NCBI GenBank assembly: GCA_000002445.1
Contig: CP000070.1
Location: 512,001-576,000, forward strand
Length of the DNA stretch: 64,000 nt
Direction of reading: 5' to 3'
Source: Trypanosoma brucei
Taxonomy: Eukaryota
The position numbers were made by a program, and so were the translations under genes. Shown here piece after piece: positions 1 through 8,962 of the stretch. Under the pieces are notes generated by a model, which did no database searches, had not been told where the DNA came from, and worked only from the letters and a program-made list of their open reading frames with translations. Each line of letters begins with the position of its first letter. Position 1 is the first letter of the stretch.

Positions 1-454
1 CACGCATCATTTCACGACGGATGTAGACATTATTGTCCAATATCCCAATTCTCTGATATAAACTAATTAGACCACCTTGAAATCTATCTGAGGGCCAACC
101 CATCATTGATGTAAGGACAAAGATCTCCAGGCCAGTGGGTCTCTCCTCAAGTTCCGCATCAACTTCACAATGTTCAGGAGTTATATCCACTTCTTCTTCC
201 GTCCATATGTGTTGTGGTCTTCCAAAGAATACCTTCATACCGAGTGGCTCTTGATTATAACCTGACATCACATAACTCCACTTCGCATAATACAGAGACT
301 CATATAACTCCTCTTCACGAGATTTCCTTTTTCCAGTTACCGATGGATTCTGCATCTGTCGTCCACCTCGTTCCTGCACTTCACCTTGTGCACGATTAAA
401 CCGTTCGTTAAACACATTCTGAGTATTTCCCATATTGCCGTTGTTTTGAATCAT
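1..454 (-). CDS. Partial CDS (N-terminal ~151 codons; the rest lies beyond the window's left edge); hypothetical protein
   Basis: Manual reverse-complement translation from ATG (plus-strand cat at 452-454) runs without a stop to position 2: MIQNNGNMGNTQNVFNERFNRAQGEVQERGGRQMQNPSVTGKRKSREEELYESLYYAKWSYVMSGYNQEPLGMKVFFGRPQHIWTEEEVDITPEHCEVDAELEERPTGLEIFVLTSMMGWPSDRFQGGLISLYQRIGILDNNVYIRREMMR... An in-frame TAA stop lies 8 codons upstream of the ATG. The ORF is absent from the supplied track, presumably because it has no stop inside the window. Same strand as all other genes; codon usage is not low-complexity. Confidence 0.5.
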   Translation of the reverse strand, partial: MIQNNGNMGNTQNVFNERFNRAQGEVQERGGRQMQNPSVTGKRKSREEELYESLYYAKWSYVMSGYNQEPLGMKVFFGRPQHIWTEEEVDITPEHCEVDAELEERPTGLEIFVLTSMMGWPSDRFQGGLISLYQRIGILDNNVYIRREMMR

Positions 455-2252
455 TCCTATCTCAAAATAATAACTTTAAATAGGTAATATTGTGTTACTT
501 TCTGAACATATATGTGTGTGTGTGTGTTAAATCAAATAGTAAAATGAAGGGAATGATGTGTACACACTATCAAGCAACATATATATACAGTTCATGAATA
601 TCATAAACTAACAGAACAAATTATAACCCCTCCTTACAGTTAAACCCCTTAACAACCCCTTGCATATATTGAATAGTGATGTTCAATCAATTAAATATTC
701 TGTATGAAAGCATGAGTAATAAGATTTTTAGATATGAGAGATAACAAACACGAAATCCTAAGTGAAGAATACTACTATTTCATATAATATAATATGTATG
801 CATATAGTATAATATGTCATACTTTTTGAAATAATAAACAATAGTATTAATAATGAGATAAACAGAATTTACAATAATAGATTATACATTGCACACGTAA
901 TAATGAGGACAACGTATGTCACAAAGGTTCTTAATTATAACATCGAAAGAACATTAACTCAAAGCATCAGCAAACATGCACATACAAACTGTTATTCATT
1001 ATAACATCTTGGCTCCATCTCACAGCATAGACGACAATGTTTGAGTGTAAACCGTAACATACAAAACCCAACACAAATATCTTCTGTACTGTTAAATATT
1101 GGGATGGTATCTCATCTCATTATTAAACACTTTCAACATTATCTCGTTGTCTCCTTGTTTGGGAACTCTCATCTGTGACACTAAGGAATATGTGAAGATA
1201 CTAAGATCATTTATTTATTTATTTCCTAGTTGCATTTGCAATTGTTCACATATTCTTTCAGTACACGCAAAAAAATTGAAAGTTTAAGGAAAATTGAATT
1301 ATGAGAATGAGGAAACAAAGGATAAATTTTCTGTGAACAATAAAATATTATATAATATCTCAAATCTTCTGCAGTGATTCACCACATGTGGAAAATATAT
1401 GCAATAGTTACATAACACTGACAACACTGAATAAAGGAATATATTCAATATACTCAATATACTCAATATATTTAATGCAAATATTACATGGAATATAAGA
1501 AGTGTAAGGAATCAAAGGAATATAAAAAATAAAATGTAATGGAGAATGATGGAAACTGAAGATACATCTATGTGAGCATAGCGTTGTGTGAGTAGAAATC
1601 ATGTGCATATTTTATCTTAATCTTTCCCTATATTGTACTCACTCACTCGTAAAACTTAATCATGGAAATAAAGTTTAGGGAATAGTAAAGTTGTTCTTCC
1701 ACTCGCATCAAGACACAAATACCTGCTTTCTGTCTTTGAATGTGTTGATTTTGGTGTCTGTGTGATAAGGCCTGTTTTCGTAATAGTTTTCGTCGGCGTT
1801 TTATCACTCTGAGAATAAATTTTCTCTACGTAGGTAAAATTTTTTTTTTGTATTTCTAGTTGGTGCTGGAGAAAAATGTTAAAGTGGAGTTCGCAAATTA
1901 TGGGTATTAGGTGGAAATGGTTATGTGTGTGGGGTGAGCATCAGTTAGAGTTTCTTAAAATTAAAGGAATTTTGTGTGTTACCATTCCCAGGAGTGAAAA
2001 ACATACAACGTTTAAAGTTTTTTTTTCTTGATTGTTTGCTTCTCTGACACCGTTCGCGTTGGTAATTTAGCCCTCAGGTGGTGCGGTTGCGGGGTGATCT
2101 TGTCGTTAGGAGGGTTGGTAGGAACAACAGTTTCCACAATGTGCTGTGGAGCACGCAGCTGCGCGGGTAAATTAACACTCCGCCTTCGCTAATCCAATAT
2201 GTACCGTTAGGTTCGTGCTCACCACCAAGGTAATCGACGACGGTTTGGCTGT

Positions 2253-3074
2253 TTAATCGAACATATGGAAGCGAGAAGCCCAATATAATGGGTTGGTTGA
2301 TTGCCTGTCCGTTGGCTCGAGATACTGATAGTGTAACTCTTCTTCGGGGTGGATGCCACCTTCCGCACGCACAGTAACGTAAAAGTGCTCCAACAGCATC
2401 TGGTTTTGTTCACAGTGAAGGAACGGAAAACTTTCTACGGCCACGGTGATGTTTGGATCTTCGCTAGAGTGGTTGATGAGATCGACGAAGGGAACCAGTG
2501 CGGGCCCACCAAATATATCAGCATGTGTGGGGACGTCCACGCATCGACTGCTGCAAATTGCATGGGCTCGCTTCATTGTTTCAATACTAATGGGTACCCC
2601 AACGCTCCGGGCATCGACACAAAGCTGCGTGATAATTTCTGCATTTATTCTTTCAATCGTTCGCAGGTGTCCATACAATTCGGTTCCGAGGGCGTGGTTC
2701 ATACTAATATCATCCGGCCTCTCCACAACAATCCACTCCAAATACTCCCTTAAATCACTAGGACCATGCGACATGTGGATTGCACAGAGAACTGTGGTTA
2801 ACGCACTTTCCCTCGAATACTCTACCCTAACCATGCCCTCAGTTGTGCTATGAGATGAAACAGCTCTCATGAGAGCGGGGCCGTAGTGGATGTGGTTGGA
2901 AATGTTGGGCGCCACACACAAACAGCACGGGACGCTGCAAAGCACTTCACCCGCCTCTATTCCATAACGCCCAGGGCAACAAAATAAACCATGGACGGGT
3001 TTGTCAGGTTTAAGGCGCCTTACCAGTTTGGGATGGGGAACGATACCCATACGCTGAAGGATCTGGCGCCACAT
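2253..3074 (-). CDS. SET-domain protein-lysine methyltransferase, Rubisco-LSMT / SETD3-like
   Basis: 273-aa ORF with an ATG start (cat at 3072-3074). N-terminal GxG-like segment GRYGIEAGEVLCSVP. Core motif ALVPFVDLINHSSEDPN (compare LIPLWDMCNHT of the SETD3/RBCMT class). C-terminal EEELHYQY (compare GE(E/Q)I.I.YG). Domain order matches the LSMT-type SET fold. Confidence 0.6.
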   Translation of the reverse strand: MWRQILQRMGIVPHPKLVRRLKPDKPVHGLFCCPGRYGIEAGEVLCSVPCCLCVAPNISNHIHYGPALMRAVSSHSTTEGMVRVEYSRESALTTVLCAIHMSHGPSDLREYLEWIVVERPDDISMNHALGTELYGHLRTIERINAEIITQLCVDARSVGVPISIETMKRAHAICSSRCVDVPTHADIFGGPALVPFVDLINHSSEDPNITVAVESFPFLHCEQNQMLLEHFYVTVRAEGGIHPEEELHYQYLEPTDRQSTNPLYWASRFHMFD

Positions 3075-3352
3075 ATGGTGGCCACCACTAAAGGACTAGT
3101 GGACCTTCCGTAGTTGTGAATGAGTAAAAAAAAAAAAGAGGTCAGGGGAAGCATGGCAGATGCATGTAAATGGGTATTCTGAAGCTGGATCCACCTCTCC
3201 TATGGGGAAACCCTGCAGACCTGACGAGCGTGACAACGACAAACCTCCCCCTCGCCGACACAGAAAAAGTTGTCATGTACCCACCGAGACCGCCCAAAGT
3301 TTAACAGTCCATAACATTCAGGCACTTTTCGTTGTATCGGTAAGAAAGAAAA

Positions 3353-5776
3353 CTAACGAGTTTCCCTCTCCCTCCAAGAGGTTATTTTGCTCCAAGGGTT
3401 CTGGAGTTTCCTGAACTCCTTGCCGTCATCTGCAGACGGAATGTAAAACTCAAAGGGTGGTTTAACCGCTTGCAGGTGACGATACGCTTCCCCACGCTTT
3501 GCCTTCTGGACAAAGAACAATCGCAACCGTGGCACACCATTATTTAGACCCCCTTCCTCGCAGACAAATTCACCGGCGAAGTCATGCAGTACTCGCGCAA
3601 TTGTGACGGTATTTGCATGCTCGCCATTCACCACGATAACGTGAGCTGCTACCAATTTGTCTTCCTGACAAATGCGCTCCATGAAAAATAACGGCGAGTG
3701 CTGCTCAGGTGTCGCTATTGCTACGCTTAGCAACGGATCTGGAAGCTTAGTTTTGGGCGTCCTTGTCAGTAGGCATCCACGGCGGGGCTCAGGATCGACA
3801 GACTCAGAATTTATGTGATAGTAGTGGCACATGTTGTGAACGATGGCTCGCTTAGGGGCGGCCATTGCACCCAAACACATGACCCCTTCGCAGCCTACCA
3901 CGAAGGTATGAAGTATCCTTTCAAACTTCCGTATTTGTTCTACATCGGTCAATGCAGCTTCCCAAAGGAAGACGGAGTACTTGATCGGTGGATGCGGCTT
4001 TATACGCTTCGAGAGAATTTCAAGACGCTGCACAGCCAGGCACTCCGCATCGCACTTAATCAAGTAGCGCTGCCCCTGGTGTTCTTTCTTGAACTGAATT
4101 AATTTCCCACACGAAACCTGAACAACTCGACGGCGGCATTCGCAGTGTAGCTCTTCAACCACGATGCAGACCGGGCAGTTTGCCGATCCATGACATTTTG
4201 ACGCACATGCATGACCACAGACATCTTGAATTTTTCCACATGGTTGTCCACAGGGTCGCTGTTCATCAACACACGGTCCGCCGTGACAAAACCGCACACA
4301 CTTGTGACCACAAGATAATTGCTTACCACACTTATACGTGCACGTTGTAGACTCGGCGCTGCAGGGAACGTTTCGCACAATCCGGTGTCCACCGGCGCAA
4401 AGTCGTTCAACTGGAAACATACATGGCGGACAGTCACCGAAGTGACAAATATGACTACCTGTCGGGTGGCCGCATGGCAAAGGAACGCTACATGGTCTAT
4501 TGCATTGTGGTGGCTTAGTTCCGCAAGGCTGCGGGGGCATCAATTCCTCAGCACCGCATCTGCATCGTAGGCGTTCGGAGACTACATTGGGGCATGAGGG
4601 GCACGGACCACGGTGGCACAACTCCATGCAATTGTGGCCACAAGAAAGTTTTTTGTTGCACACTTGCCGGCAACAGTGCGCATCAGCATTATTTCCTTTA
4701 CGTGCGGGACAACACCGCGCGCGACATTGGTGCTTCCCGCAGGAGAGAGCAGCCTTACACACCTTGTTACAACGAAAACTACGCCGCATCAGACAAGGAA
4801 GAGTGGCCTGCGTCTTTCCACACGAACACGTCGCTGCGACCTGCTGCTGGCATGGTTCACAACCTCCCTCGTGGCATTTGGCATCACATTTGTGTTCACC
4901 GCAGTCCAGCCAACGCCCACACACGTTGCCGCAAACTGGCACGGGGTCACTGCACCGCGTCCTGACAACCACCAGAGGTACTGAGCCACAAGGACACGTT
5001 GCTACAACACTAGGGTCAGTCTTGCAAGGAGGACATGTGCCCTCGTGGCACATTCTTTCACAGTGGTGGACCCCACATTTCAATTCCCTGCCACATACCT
5101 TTCCGCAAGAGAAAACGGTGGAGCCGCACCGCATCGGCCTGACCTCCGACCCGCAGTGGCATGACGTGGTGGACTGCTTTGAGCAACCGCGACACGCCCC
5201 GTGGTGGCACTTGTCTGGACATAAGTGCTTTCCACAGGATAACATCTTCCCACAAATTCTATCGCATGTTTTCAACGGGTCCGGTTGACCACACCTCCAT
5301 GTGTACGAGGTGGAGCCACATCCACACGAACCGGGGCCGGATACGGCACTACACGGCACGCAGGGCCCCGGGTGACAAGGCAATGGACAACTATGCGGGC
5401 AGTTGTTGGGGCGAGCCTTTCCGCACGTATCTCCACAGCTATGGGGTGTGATGTGGGGATCATATTTTGGATCTCGCACCTTGCCACAGAAGCAGTAATA
5501 TTTCAGGTCAGACCGCTGCACAACTTGACAGTGTGGGCAACGAAAAGCATTGCCATCCCCACTTGCATCCTCTTTTGCCCATCGCTTTATGCAATAGAGG
5601 TGAAAAATACAGTAGCAATCTCTACACGAGAACACAGCCTTATCATGACGTATTTTGTTTAAGCAGTTGGCGCACTCATACCTTAGCGACTTGAGTTGCT
5701 CAGCGATACCATTGATCCTCTGTACAACCGCATCGTAACTGCTGCCGTCCTGATCGCCTGCAGTTGAACAGTTCAT
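3353..5776 (-). CDS. NF-X1-type zinc finger protein (NFX1-like)
   Basis: The track ORF starts at a GTG (cac at 5783-5785). The first ATG is at 5774-5776 (MNCSTAGDQ...), giving 807 aa. N-terminal RING/PHD-like finger CANCLNKIRHDKAVFSCRDCYCIFHLYCIKRWAK...CPHC. At least eight tandem NF-X1-type fingers of the form C-x-x-H-x-C-x3-C-H-x-G-x-C-x2-C: CGKHLCPDKCHHGACRGC, CGVHHCERMCHEGTCPPC, CGEHKCDAKCHEGGCEPC, CGKHQCRARCC, CGHNCMELCHRGPCPSC, CGHPTGSHICHFGDCPPC, CGHKCVRFCHGGPC, CGHACASKCHGSANCPVC. The C-terminal non-Cys region may be R3H-like (uncertain). Confidence 0.85.
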   Translation of the reverse strand: MNCSTAGDQDGSSYDAVVQRINGIAEQLKSLRYECANCLNKIRHDKAVFSCRDCYCIFHLYCIKRWAKEDASGDGNAFRCPHCQVVQRSDLKYYCFCGKVRDPKYDPHITPHSCGDTCGKARPNNCPHSCPLPCHPGPCVPCSAVSGPGSCGCGSTSYTWRCGQPDPLKTCDRICGKMLSCGKHLCPDKCHHGACRGCSKQSTTSCHCGSEVRPMRCGSTVFSCGKVCGRELKCGVHHCERMCHEGTCPPCKTDPSVVATCPCGSVPLVVVRTRCSDPVPVCGNVCGRWLDCGEHKCDAKCHEGGCEPCQQQVAATCSCGKTQATLPCLMRRSFRCNKVCKAALSCGKHQCRARCCPARKGNNADAHCCRQVCNKKLSCGHNCMELCHRGPCPSCPNVVSERLRCRCGAEELMPPQPCGTKPPQCNRPCSVPLPCGHPTGSHICHFGDCPPCMFPVERLCAGGHRIVRNVPCSAESTTCTYKCGKQLSCGHKCVRFCHGGPCVDEQRPCGQPCGKIQDVCGHACASKCHGSANCPVCIVVEELHCECRRRVVQVSCGKLIQFKKEHQGQRYLIKCDAECLAVQRLEILSKRIKPHPPIKYSVFLWEAALTDVEQIRKFERILHTFVVGCEGVMCLGAMAAPKRAIVHNMCHYYHINSESVDPEPRRGCLLTRTPKTKLPDPLLSVAIATPEQHSPLFFMERICQEDKLVAAHVIVVNGEHANTVTIARVLHDFAGEFVCEEGGLNNGVPRLRLFFVQKAKRGEAYRHLQAVKPPFEFYIPSADDGKEFRKLQNPWSKITSWRERETR

Positions 5777-6220
5777 GCGAGTCACACCCCAGCAAATCTA
5801 AAGAGTAGCGCCGAGTCGCAGTGAAAATGAAGGAAGGAAGGAAAAGAACACTTACACCGCAGGTGAACGGAGAAAGGCATGCTATTTCCCTGCATAACGT
5901 CATCCGGCAAACACTCATGTTGGTTGGGTCTGCCACCTCCTTTTTCCCCTTTTACTCTCTCATCCTCCTGCGTTCGGTGGGTTCACCAAACGGTGGCAGA
6001 AGAAAAAACCGAAGTGACTGCGAAGCTTCACCGAAAATTTCGTGCCAGCGGTTCACAGGTATGTAATCAACCGCAAGTAATGAAACGAAGAGAACGAATA
6101 CAAAAACAAAACAGTCGGTAAAAGCAAACGTATCCTCAAATCCGATACCAAATAAGGCACACCGTACACTGTATTTAGACTCGAATACCACCACCCATCT
6201 ATACCTGAGCTTGCCTCGTC

Positions 6221-7021
6221 TCATTGGCCACCTTCCTGCACATCTTCATCTTCACGATCATAAATGCAGCGAAGTGCCTGCTTCATTGTCTCTTGAGCTG
6301 GTCGTCTCTCGCTGCTTTCATCATTGCTTTCGTCTTGATCCCTTTGGAGAACGTCAGCTACTAGGCAGCGAGAGGTGTTGAAAGGCGCGTTAAGTACGGC
6401 GTGAAGTCTTCCCGCTTTCTTTTGCGCGAAACCCGGCAGTTCCGTAAGTTGCTCCGCCGTCGCAGTCAGAAGTCCTGCAACTGATCCGAAGCTGTTGACT
6501 GCACGAACAACGTCATTACGAGTCATTAGTTGCGGTGTTTGCGTTAATGCATCAATGAGTAGCTGCATCGGGGTACTATCCCTCCGCACACCCACACAAT
6601 AATCCGCGGTAGCAACGTTACTATCTGATAAACCTTCCAAATAGGCAGCACATTCCTCATCTGTCCAAAAAAGCATGACACCACAACCTTGTTCTACGCT
6701 GCAGTGCAAGTTAAGCCATGCGAGGATATCAGGTCGAACCTCTTCCGACACTACTCGGAGAAGAAGCACAACACAACGCCACGAGGCACCAGTATGAGTC
6801 TTCAGAACACTGAGTTGTTGTGACACTTTTGTCCTTCGCGCCGCATCCGACAGGTCGTCGGCATCATCAACGAAGACAACACAAGTTCCACCGCACAGGA
6901 AGTCATATGTGGGGTCATCTGCTTCTTCAATAACGTAACGATGCCGCTGCATGATCCGAATGATGTTGTCACCACGCAGTGCGCCGACAACTTTCACCAC
7001 GCCCCGTGGGAGGGGAGGCAT
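6221..7021 (-). CDS. ERCC1: DNA excision repair protein ERCC1 homologue (XPF partner; central nuclease-like domain plus C-terminal helix-hairpin-helix pair)
   Basis: The track start is a GTG (cac at 7049-7051). The first ATG is at 7019-7021 (MPPLPRGVVKV...), giving 266 aa. Central-domain similarity to human ERCC1: RIMQRHRYVIEEADDPTYDFLCGGTCVVFVDD matches [35 protein letters not shown], and LLLRVVSEEVRPDILAWLNLHCSVEQGCGVMLFWTDEECAAYLEGL matches [46 protein letters not shown]. HhH2 region: SFGSVAGLLTATAEQLTELPGFAQKKAGRLHAVLNAPF matches [38 protein letters not shown]. Confidence 0.75.
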   Translation of the reverse strand: MPPLPRGVVKVVGALRGDNIIRIMQRHRYVIEEADDPTYDFLCGGTCVVFVDDADDLSDAARRTKVSQQLSVLKTHTGASWRCVVLLLRVVSEEVRPDILAWLNLHCSVEQGCGVMLFWTDEECAAYLEGLSDSNVATADYCVGVRRDSTPMQLLIDALTQTPQLMTRNDVVRAVNSFGSVAGLLTATAEQLTELPGFAQKKAGRLHAVLNAPFNTSRCLVADVLQRDQDESNDESSERRPAQETMKQALRCIYDREDEDVQEGGQ

Positions 7022-7593
7022 TTCTGTACTAAAGAAACCTAAAACACGCACTGTAAATGAACGTTAGCATTTATAAGTGTTTTTGTTATTGTTGGGAGCC
7101 ACTCGAGAGAAGCATAAGGGAAAAGAAGGAGCGCGAAACACTAACAGGAACATCCATTCATCCCTCCATTAAAGAAGGATATTGTAACGGCGAGAGGTAT
7201 CTACACAACCACAGAAAGTCGCAACAGCGCAACATAATCTCCCCCCATTCCTTCCTCTCAGCGAATTGCGAGGAAATGAGGCTACTTAAGACGGTGCCAC
7301 TCACTGTGGTTAAACTTTTCCACGCACTTCCCTACCTATATATTATTATTATTTTTTTTACTTTTTTAATGACAATAATAACAATAATGATAGCATCAGC
7401 AGCATAAAAGGTGCAAGTGGAGCGCACGAGTGAAAAGAGGCACTACGTCGATGCACAGTAAAATAATTTAAAACACCCTAATCCTTTCGTCACTTTTTAA
7501 AAAGTTTTGCTACTGTTTTTGCTGCTACCGCTACCCCTCCCTTTTCTCCTTTCTTTCTTGCCTTCTTTTTTACTTCGCGTTGAGGGGTGACGA

Positions 7594-8580
7594 TCACTGC
7601 GCAGTACACCCAACGCTTGTCGTCTCCTGCTCTTCCACATCGTTCTCCAATTCCTGGCGAAGATGATCCAGTTCCTTTCTAGACACATAACACTCCTGAG
7701 CCATATCGCAGTGGCTGAGGTCCACGCTCCTCGGCGCCGGAAGGGCCTGGCGCAATATTTCCACTTGAGCTTCCTCAATCCTTTCGGGAAAACTGACGGC
7801 GAATTTAATAACTAGATCTCCAAACTTTCCTTTACGACCGCGTATCGGCATACCTTCACCCAAAACAACCTTCCTCTCACCCGGCCTAGTTATTTCCCCA
7901 CGCTCCCGTCGCACTACAAGTTGCCTACCATCGAGGTGTGTCAGTACGAGCTGGAAGCCACAGAGAGACTCCGCTAGTGAAATGGTATGCGTATAAAGAA
8001 GGTCGTCTCCCTCCCGCTCGAATCGATCATCCTTCATTTGCTCAAGAACAATTACAATATCACCTGCAGCATCAGCAGCAGGCTGATAGCTGCCCTCACC
8101 GTGGAAAACAATCTGCTCCCGATGCTCCATTCCAGGCTCCACTACAACAGTCAGAGAGGACTCCACTTGGTTTACGCGCCGGCCATCGCATACAGGACAT
8201 ATGTCACGAGGATCCATTCTCCTGCCCTCACCACCGCATGCATCACAAGGCACGGTCACTTGTTGTATCATCATCCCCATCTGGCGGGCTAACATACGCC
8301 GACCCGCCCCACGACACGCCGTGCAGGTAACATTTTTGCGGCTCTTCGCTCCTCTGCCATCACAGCCCACACATGGGGTTGTGCGGGTATGAGGAATTTC
8401 AATACTTCTCCCATTGTACAAATCCTTTAGAGTGACGGGAAGACCGTGAACGGTGTCCTTTGGTTGCCGCCTGCGACCGCGACCGCCACCTCCGGAAAAC
8501 ATATCACCTCCGGAAAACATATCACCGCCAGAAAAAAAGGCGTTGAACACATCGTCCATATGGTCCGAAAAGGCAAACAT
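7594..8580 (-). CDS. DnaJ-like protein, type I (DNAJA/Ydj1-class) Gly/Phe region + zinc-finger domain + C-terminal domain, with C-terminal CaaX box; no J domain present
   Basis: The track ORF begins at a GTG (cac at 8620-8622). An in-frame TAA lies 5 codons further upstream. The first ATG is at 8578-8580 (MFAFSDHMDDVFNAFFSGGDMFSGGDMFSGGGGRGRRRQP...). Four CxxCxGxG repeats: CVGCDGRG, CTACRGAG, CDACGGEG, CPVCDGRR. A DnaJ C-terminal beta-domain-like region follows. The protein ends in CTAQ, a farnesylation CaaX motif. No HPD tripeptide or J-domain helices occur in any minus-strand frame between 8580 and 8962. Confidence 0.75.
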   Translation of the reverse strand: MFAFSDHMDDVFNAFFSGGDMFSGGDMFSGGGGRGRRRQPKDTVHGLPVTLKDLYNGRSIEIPHTRTTPCVGCDGRGAKSRKNVTCTACRGAGRRMLARQMGMMIQQVTVPCDACGGEGRRMDPRDICPVCDGRRVNQVESSLTVVVEPGMEHREQIVFHGEGSYQPAADAAGDIVIVLEQMKDDRFEREGDDLLYTHTISLAESLCGFQLVLTHLDGRQLVVRRERGEITRPGERKVVLGEGMPIRGRKGKFGDLVIKFAVSFPERIEEAQVEILRQALPAPRSVDLSHCDMAQECYVSRKELDHLRQELENDVEEQETTSVGCTAQ

Positions 8581-8962
8581 ACCCGCAGATAACACCTTCC
8601 TTATCGACAAAATTCCAACCACTGGTGACGGTGATTAGTAGACTGATAACCTTTTAATTGAATGAGAAAAGCGAAATAATTTCGAAGTAAGTTGGAAAGG
8701 AAAAAATAACACCTGGTAGAATCGCACATTCGCATGCACGGTAACACAGTGACGATATAAGGGTAGGTAACATAAAGAGACGAGTTACCCCTGTAAAATA
8801 GTCGATAGGTAAGTGACGCCGCTTCGCTCACCATTCAATTGACGGTTCAGATGGTGCACATTTTCTTACCACACCTCGTCGCCAGTCCGTTATCTCCGCT
8901 CTGCGAACATAACACACCTCTTCTTTTTTTTCTGTTTTGTTTTCAGTGCTGGCCGACACGCC

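Noticed and set aside
2349-2853. Two plus-strand ORFs of about 135 aa overlapping the SET-domain gene
   Set aside because: They are antisense to a CDS with recognisable SET motifs and have no motifs of their own.
4500-5288. Plus-strand 262-aa ORF (and several 80-130-aa ORFs) overlapping the NF-X1 gene
   Set aside because: It is antisense to a strongly supported CDS. Its His/Pro/Trp/Gln-rich translation is the expected mirror of Cys/Gly/His-codon-rich sense sequence. It has no features of its own.
8623-8962. Search for a J-domain exon upstream of the DnaJ-like ORF
   Set aside because: No HPD-encoding (YTTGTCNGGGTG on plus) or J-helix-like sequence appears in any frame. The only ORF there (8601-8834) is feature-less. 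The J domain appears genuinely absent rather than frame-shifted within this interval.
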